From the human T2T-CHM13v2.0 reference genome, Homo sapiens: DNA of 64,000 bases. A program made the position numbers and the translations under genes. The notes beneath the pieces were generated by a model. That model saw only the letters and a program-made list of their open reading frames with translations, made no database searches and was not told the DNA's origin. Of this stretch, positions 56,001 to 64,000 are shown piece by piece (position 1 is the stretch's first letter; each line of letters begins with the position of its first letter). The stretch is from the NCBI RefSeq assembly GCF_009914755.1, contig NC_060925.1; one strand, given 5' to 3'.

Positions 56001-56422
56001 CCCAGAACACTTTAGCCCACAGTGACAAGGTTTGCTGAGAAACTCAGGTTCTGACCACTGGGATGCACTATTCTGTTCCCTCCATGGGTGGGCACTGGCT
56101 GAACCCAGCATGGCTTTTCTCTCAGTGTTATGACAGGGCCACACTGAGTTTAATGCCAAGTTCCCTAGTCACTGTGCTTTCCCTCTCCCAACTGCACGAA
56201 TTCTCTCTATGTATCATCCAGCTGCTGCCAAGGAATCGGGGAGGGGTGGTGTCGGCAATTCAAAACTGTCTTTCCTACTCTCTTCAGTGCCTGTTTCAGT
56301 AATATAAAGCTAAATTAGGTACTGTGATTGCTCACCTGATTTTTTGTTCATGTGTAGTTGTTGAAATTTGCAGGAGGGATGATTGGTGAAGATTTCTATT
56401 TGCTCATCTTCCTCTGCCTCCT
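53001..56422 (-). mobile_element. L1MA-like element with both ends but most of ORF1/ORF2 deleted (junction ~54175); TSD TCTGTACTA(CA/TG)TTTA
   Basis: 5'UTR and ORF1 start joined to ORF2 C-terminus and 3'UTR; direct repeats at 52986-53000 and 56423-56437. Confidence 0.75.
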
Positions 56423-56741
56423 TCTGTACTATGTTTATTATAACTGAAGTTTATGCATATATATGGATCAGTTTCTGAATTATCTATGATTACATTGTTT
56501 CATTTATCATTGTGGCTGTATCACCCTTTTTATAGCTTCAAAATATATTTTATTCTGAAATCTTTTGTCTTTCTCTTTTTTTTCAAAAATGTCTTGCTAT
56601 TCTTTGCCCTTTGCATTTGTATATGCATATCAATTTTAAAATTAACTGTTAAATTCCATAAAATATAAACAAATAAAATCTTTCTAGGATTAAGATTGAG
56701 ATTTCATTAAATTAATACAGCAATTTGGGAAAAATTGAGGT

Positions 56742-56796
56742 TATTATCATATTAAACCTTTAACTGCTATTATCATATTAAAACCTTTAACTGCTA
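56742..56796. repeat. Two-copy 26/27-bp tandem duplication TATTATCATATTAAA(A)CCTTTAACTGC
   Basis: Directly visible. Confidence 0.9.
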
Positions 56797-59700
56797 AATA
56801 TGACATATTTCTCTATTTTCTAGGTCTCCTTTAATTTTTTCTAATGCTTTTATAATTACCTTTGTAGAAGCCTAAAATGTCTCTTCTTTTCCTTATTCTT
56901 AGGCATGCTATCAAAAATAATATATATATAGTGCATTTCATTTTTGTTGATGTGATAAAGACACTTACTGATTTTTATATACTAATTGTTTTTATTCAGC
57001 AATTTTTCTAAACTTTTGTGTTAATTCCAACAATTTATCTATATATTCTTTTGGATTTGCTACATTTGCATTCATATTATTTGTGAATAATACTTGTTCT
57101 TTTACTTCTTGCTTAATCTTTATTTTTGGTTTATTTTTCCTGTCTTTCTGCAATGAAAGGGCCTCCAGGCACTGTTGATAAGAGTGCTGGGCCACTGTGG
57201 TGTTGTGGATTTGTTTTTCTTTTCCTCAGATTTCTCCCTTCTAGGTTTACATGGGAACTTATTATTATGTTTTAAGACACAGACCAGCGTTATTTTGTCT
57301 ATTCCAATATATGTTATTGTTTCTCCCATAGTCAGAATACTTAGATTTGAGAACTAAGGAGTGAAGTAGGACACAACTTATGACATGTCTTTTTTATGAC
57401 CCACTGCCAACATTTTCTTCCCATACCTATGACTTTGGGCTCTGCTTAGAAACCTTGGAAGAAAGCCTGGAATTCAGGACCTCTCCAGGGGTACCTCCTA
57501 ATATATTCAACAGTAAAACTTTCAAATTTATTGACATGCAATTATTTATTATATCTTTTGTTAAATCTTTATATGTTGTAGCTAGCTAACCTTTAATATT
57601 ACTAAAGGGTAATTTTAATATTAATATTACATTTTACATTTTACAAATTTTAATTTTTAAATATTAAATTTCTAATATTTTATTAAAGGGTAATTTTTAC
57701 CTGCATTTTTTCTTTTTCTTTTCTCTTAATCAGTCTTGCTAGGTGTTTGTTAATTTTATTAGTCTTTTTATAGAAACAGCTACTGGTTTTGCTGGTTCTC
57801 CTTTTGAGCTCTTTTTTAGTATTCTATTATTTTTTGTTATTTCTTTACTATTCCATCCCTTTTTGGAGGGAAGAATTCTGTAGTTCCATTTACAAGCTTT
57901 TTGAGTTCAATGGTAGGTCTCTTGACTTTAATTTTTCTTTTTTTATTAATTCAATAAATAATTGTGAATTAATTCAATAAAATTTCCTCTAAGTCTTGCT
58001 CTAGCTGTATTCTATATTTTTTCACATCACACTTTTATTATCATTCTCTTATATTTTATAATATTCTTTATGATTTCCTCTTTAATTAAAGTATAATTTT
58101 GAGTAATTTTTTTCCTTTTGCAGTTATGAGACTATTTTTACTATCTTCTTTAATCAATTTTAAATTTATTGCATTATGGTTTAAAAACATATATTGTTAG
58201 CTTTTTATTGAATTTATAATTGACTCATTTGAATGCTCCATGTGTACTCCTAAACAAAGTGAATTTTTGGTTCCATATAAATTTATCTATATTTGAATTT
58301 ATTACTCATATCTATAGTTTTGTTTAGCTTTATTTTATCTATTGGTTTCCAGAAGGGTTACATTAAAATCTTCAACGACAATTGTTGATTTAAATTTTCT
58401 TCTCCTGTAGTTCTGACTTGTTACTGTATGTTTGGAGACTATATTGTTACATGAGTATATACGCATGATATATGATATTTTTTGGACCAATATTTACTTT
58501 GAATATTGGTTCCTTATATTTTTTATTCAACTTTTCTGGGTGTTTTAACTGTATAACAAGTGGTTAAAATAAAAGTTTTGATTCGATATCGTGATTCAAT
58601 AGCTGTTAATTTTCACAATAAGATGGCAAATATCCATATGGGACTTTTAAATTATATTCTGATATGTTCCATGACTCCTAAACTCCTCATCTGCTTAAGG
58701 AATATAAAAGGGTTCAGAGAGAGAAAAAAGAGATTGTTAAATGTACTTCCTTGGGCAGAGTTTTTGTACTGGATTTCTTTCCCTTATCCCCACTACAAGA
58801 GGACTGGTTTGGGGTGATACTTCCCTTGCCTTGGGTCTGATACTCTTTAGAGTTGAAATGTGTTTCTTGTATTCAGAGGAGCACAGTGGACTCTCATCTG
58901 ACTCCTCTCTGAGAAATCTAAAGGCAAAGAAAGGGCAGATTAAGTGTTTTGATGATGGGCCTGGGAGAGAGCTTTCTACCAATTAGAGCCTCCAAAAAAA
59001 GGAAAGACAACAGTTTTAAATACTTGTATGCCTACGTCATGCCATCAGAAACCTGAGCTTTTCTAATCCTGCCTTCCTATGCCAAAAATTGTTGATGCCA
59101 GCTAGAGGGGCAAAATGGAGAAAAGAGCTGAAATTAAGCACATTTCATACTCTGTTTTTACTGTAGGTTTTTGGCATAAAATAAACTTAGGCTGAAAGAA
59201 GAGGAAGTTTCAAATTTTGGTTAATGGCTTGAACTTAATGTCCTAATTAGCCAATTGAGAGTTAAATATTTACCTTACCTATTACCTAAGAAAAACCATG
59301 GAACTTGCTTAAATTTCTGGGAGAAAGAGAATTTTATTACCACGACATTCATTTTTATGGTAAAATGAGAGGCAAAAATAGCTTCAATTAGAAGTAGTAC
59401 CCCAAATAGTATTATTTCAATTGAATTATATCAAACGAAATTGATATTATTTGTTTGTTTAGTGTTGTTATAGATATGTTTCTCAATGTACTGTTGGATT
59501 TCTGAAAATACAATCTAAGAGTCTATGCTTTATTATTGTTAAGTTTAACTCATTTACAGTATTGTAATTACTAGGCTAATGGGACCTAATTTCTGCTGCT
59601 TTATTTGGTCATTTCTGTTTACCTATTTAAAAATGTCTACTTATGCCTACCAGTTTTTATTATAGACTTTGAATTTTTAATATTTTATTTAAATTTTATT

Positions 59701-59946
59701 TAAGTGACATTAATTATAGCATTTGAAAGGGAGAATCTAATTCCACACAAAATGGAAGACTGTAAACCGTACTCATTAAACTGTTAAGAATATAAGTTAG
59801 TGAGAATGTAGCAGAAGTCCACTTTAGATTTTAAGTGTGATTATGCCACAGAGACTCTTCCAGGCTTGCATTTAGTATTTTTGGAATCTATTTCATTATC
59901 TGATGCAAGGACAATAAAACTACAACTTGAGAGGAAATTAAGTCTT

Positions 59947-62339
59947 TGTCATAGTCTGTTTGCACATTGCTATAAAGAAATGCCCAAGACTGGCTAATTA
60001 ATAAAGAAAAGAGCTTTAATTGGCTCACAGTTCTGCAGGAAGCATAATGGCTTCTGCTTCAGGGAGGCCTCAAGAGGCTTTCAATTATAATGGACAGTGA
60101 AGGGGGAGCGAGATGTTGCAGATGGTTAGAGCAGAAGGAAGAGAGAGACAGGGGAGGTACTACACACTTTTAAACAACCAGATATGCTGAGAACTCAATC
60201 ACGAGAACAACACTAGGGGGATGATGCTAAACCACTAAGCCGTTAGAAACCATTGCCATGATCCAACTGCCTCCCACCAGGTCCCACCTCCAGCATTGAG
60301 GATTACATTTCAACATGAGATTTGGTCGAGACACAGATCAAAACTGTATAATTCCACCCCTGGTCCCTCCCAAATCTCATGTCCTTCTCACATTGTAAAA
60401 TACAATCATACCTTCCCAACAGACCCCCAAAGTCATAACTCATTCCCACATTAACTCAAAAGTACAAAGTCCAAATTCTCATCTCAGACAAGCCTAGTCC
60501 CTTCCACCTATGAGACTGTAAGAGAAGAAACAAGTTAGTTACTTTCAAGATACAATGGGAGGTATAGGCATTGGGTAAATACTCCCATTCCAAGAGGGAT
60601 AAATTAGCCAAAAGAAAGGGGCTATAGCCATCAGGGAAGTCATTAAATATTAAAGCTCCAAAACAGTCTATTTTGACTGCATGCCTCACCTCCAGGGCAT
60701 GTTGGTGCAAGGAATGTGCTCCCAAAGCCTTGGACAGCTCTACCCCTGTGGCTTTGCAGTGTTCAGACCCCACAGCTACTCTATGGACCGGCATTGAGTG
60801 CCTGCAGATTTACCTGGAGCATGGTGTAAGCTGTCAGTGGATCTACCATTCTAGAGTCTGGAGGATGGTGGCTCTCTTCTCACAGCTCCACTAGGCAGTG
60901 CCCCAGTGGGGACCCTGTGTGGAGGCTCCAACCCCACATTTCTCCTCCCTAGTAAAATCTCTCCATGAGGGCTCCACCCCTACAGCAGGCTTCTGCCTGA
61001 ACACCAGGATTTTCCAAAAATCCTCTGAAATCTAGGTGGAGGCACCCATGACTCAAGTCTTGCACTCTGGAAGAATGTACCCACAGGCTTAACACCATGT
61101 GGAAGCTGCATAGTCTCATGGTTTGCACCTTCTGAGGCAGTGGCCCAAGCTGTATCTGGGGCCCTTTGAGCCATGGCTGAAGATGGAGTGGCTGGGATGC
61201 AGAGAGCAATGTCCCAAGGCTGCACAGCGCAGCAGGGTCTGGACCCTAGGCCACAAAACCATTTAGTCCTTCTAGGCCTCTGGGCCTGTGATGGGAGGGG
61301 TTGTCAAGAAGGTCTCTGAAATGTCTTGGAGGCTTTTTGCCCATTGTCTTGGCTATCAGCCCTGGACTCCTTTATACTTACACAAATGTCTGCAGCCTGC
61401 TTGAATTCCTCCCCTGAAAATGGGCTTTTCTTTTCTACCACACGGCCAGGCTGCAAATTTTCCAAACTTTCATGTTCTGCTTCCCTTTTAAATATAAGTC
61501 CCAGTTTTACATTAGGCTGTTAGAAGCAGCCAGATCACATTTTTAATACTTTCCTTCTTAGAAATTTCTTCTGCTGGATACCCTAAATCATCACTCTCAA
61601 GTTCAAAGTTCCACAGATCCCTAGGGCAGGGGCACAATGCCTCCAGGTTCTTTGCTAATGCATAACAAAAGTGACCTTTTCTCCAGTTCCCAATAAGTTT
61701 CTTACCTCCATCTGAGACCTCCTCAGCCTGGACTTCATTGTCCATATCACTATTAGCATTTTGGTCACAACAATTTAACAAGTCTCTAGGAAGTTCTGAA
61801 CTTTCCCTCATCTTTCAGTCTTCTTTTGAGCCCTCCACACTCTTCTAACCTCTGTCAGTTACCATTAGCTGCTTCCAAATTTCCAGGTATCTTTATAGCA
61901 ATGCCCCACTTCTCGGTACCAATTTTCTGTATTAGTCCATTCTTGCATTGCTATAAAGAAATACTTGATACTGAGTAATTTATAAAGAAAAGAGATTTAA
62001 TTGGCTCATGGTTCTGCAGGCTGTACAGGAAGCATAGCAGCTTCTGCTTCTGGGGAGGTCTCGGGAAACTTTCAGTCATGGAGGAAGGTGAAGGGAAAGC
62101 AGGCATATTGTACTTGGCCAGAGCAGGAACAAGAAAAAGAGGCAGGGAAGGTGCCACCACTTTTAAACAACCATATCTCATGAGAACTTACTCACTATAT
62201 AGTACCAAGGGGATATTACTGAACCATTCATAAGCATTTCGTCCCATTATCCGATCACCTCCCACTAGGCCCCACCTCCAACACTAGGGATTACAATCCG
62301 ACATGAGATTTTGTGGGGACACAGATCTAAATCATATCA
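59947..62339 (-). mobile_element. Full MST (MSTA-like) MaLR element: LTRs 59947-~60351 and 61928-62339 plus internal region; 5-bp TSD GTCTT
   Basis: TG...CA termini; GTCTT at 59942-59946 and 62340-62344; internal ORF remnant 61512-61811 homologous to the THE1 internal ORF. Confidence 0.9.
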
Positions 62340-62933
62340 GTCTTGAGTTATTGGCTTCATCACCCTTGCTGCCCACAAATGTCACAAAGGAAATAACTTA
62401 CCACACCCTGAAAACTACTTTTGGTATAAAAGAGGTGATAGAGTAGAGTGGAAATAGATCATAAACATGCATCTAAAAAAGTGTCCCTCAGATATATTTG
62501 TACATGACTTCAAGAAATGAGCCTCTCATTAGGATAGGAAACCAAAGTTCAATTCTCAAGAAGTCACAAGTTCATTTACTCAATATGATTTTACAAAGTG
62601 CCTGCATGTTATCAGTTTCCACGTGCAGCTGTTTCTAAATGAAAAAAAAAAAGAAAAAAAAAACCAGATATCTCTAGAGGGACCACCAATTCCTCCCAAA
62701 TTTCTAACTGAAAGGACCTTTTGGGAATCAGGTTCCTTCTATACCTCTGAAAAGGTGACATCTTAAAGATCAAATATCTTTAACCTAGAGATTTATCATG
62801 ATACCTAGCAATACTTGAATCTTAGACATACAACATAAGAGGGTACATTAAATTTTGAAGGTAGCTATGCTGCACAATACTTTAAAATTAAATAATTATA
62901 CAGTATTGATTTATGCTTAAAATTCCAGTCTTA

Positions 62934-63230
62934 GGCTGGTGTGGTGGCTCATGCCTGTAATCTCAGCACTTTTGGAGGCCTAGGTGGCAGATCACCTGAG
63001 GTCAGGAGTTCAAGACCAGCCTGACCAACATGGTGAAACCCTATCTCTACTGAAAATACAAAAATTAGCTGGGCATGGTGGTGCATGCCTGTAATCCCAA
63101 CTACTTGAGAGGCTGAGGCACAATAATCGCTTGAACCCAGGAGGTGGAGGTTGTAGTGAACCGAGATAGTGTCACTGCACTCCAGCCTGGGCAACAAAAC
63201 GAGACTCCATCTCCAAAAAAAAAAAAAAAA
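62934..63230 (+). mobile_element. Alu (AluSx-like) inserted in the last codons of the VDAC1 retrocopy; TSD AAAAT(T)CCAGTCTTA
   Basis: Direct repeats at 62919-62933 and 63231-63244. Confidence 0.92.
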
Positions 63231-64000
63231 AAAATCCAGTCTTAGACCAAGCTCGTTTTAGACCAGCACTGACGTTTTTGTCATCTCTCAGGACTCACAG
63301 AATTAGTTCGATAACTGCCTTGGAGTCTGAATGTATCCTAATCCTCTCATGGGAGTTGTTCACTTTAGCTGAGAAGAAGCTGTCAGGATCTATGTGCTAC
63401 TTGGCTGCTGTTCCAAAGCAAGTGTTATTGTTTCCTAATGTCCATGCATGATTGACAGTGATCTCCAAAGTCTTGCTCACCTTCTGGTAAGTGGAGGTGC
63501 CAAACACTGTCATTTATATTAGTGTGATGCTGGAATTCATCAGTCTTGAAGCCAACCACAAAAAGTCATTTTAGGTCACCTGGGACTCTTTGATCTCAAA
63601 ATGTATTTGGTATCCAGCCAGCCAGTCCTTGTAACTCAGCATGAGAGCACCTTGGATGAAAGTCCTGGAGATGTCAAAATCCACGTTGCAGCCCAGGTTG
63701 ATGTACTCTCACTTGTACCCTTTCTTGATTTTAGCATTTTGCCCCCAGTGTTAGGTGAGGAGGCTGAATCACAGGTCAACTTTAGTCCATGTAAAAAGCT
63801 CATCTTCTCCAGTAACTCTGCACCTAATGTCTTGTCAGTGTTCCACTTCTCTGTAAATGTCAGGCCATATTTGATCCATCTGTTCTTGGTTTCCAGACTA
63901 CCTGTCACTTTGATGGCCTCAGGATTGGCTGAGCCTGAGCTTGTAACATCCAGTCTATTCCCATATTTTGTTTTCAAATGAAGCTTTATTAATCCTAATC

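Larger units (their letters stand above)
59655..64000 (-). pseudogene. VDAC1P9: VDAC1 processed pseudogene (probably VDAC1P9); decayed CDS 62911 to beyond 64000 plus full 3'UTR, interrupted by an Alu and an MST element
   Basis: TSSGSAN...[23 protein letters not shown] is VDAC1-type; no introns; frameshifts; VDAC1-like 3'UTR at 62345-62910 and 59670-59946 with AATAAA at 59684-59689. Pseudogene number is from memory. Confidence 0.85.

Noticed and set aside
63636-63977. Functional VDAC gene
   Set aside because: Frameshifts, stops, no introns, and Alu and MST insertions.

Overview
Human-type genomic DNA, repeat-rich, matching the FCRL cluster on 1q23. It holds the complete FCRL3 gene (Fc receptor-like 3) on the minus strand. 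I traced 14 coding exons with GT-AG boundaries from ATG 39533 to TAG 17739. They sum to 2205 nt (734 aa): split signal peptide with a 21-nt mini-exon, six Ig exons, TM exon, five cytoplasmic exons with Y650/Y662/Y692/Y722. The window carries an intact kappaB site at the -169 promoter position and Asp28, which I recall as the autoimmunity-associated haplotype. Upstream lie two processed pseudogenes: a 5'-truncated SON retrocopy with clear TSDs (48040-50529, +) and an old VDAC1 retrocopy (about 59655 to beyond 64000, -) split by a full MST-type MaLR element and an Alu. The rest is L1, Alu, THE1, MER53, Charlie, MIR/L2 and microsatellites. I see no new gene system. The best leads are candidate FCRL3 isoform switches (intron-9 polyadenylation giving a soluble or GPI-like form, an L1-borne poly(A) site giving a tail-less receptor, alternative C-termini), LTR and kappaB regulatory elements, and unusual retrotransposition structures. 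Repeat subfamily names and SNP identities are from memory, not database searches.
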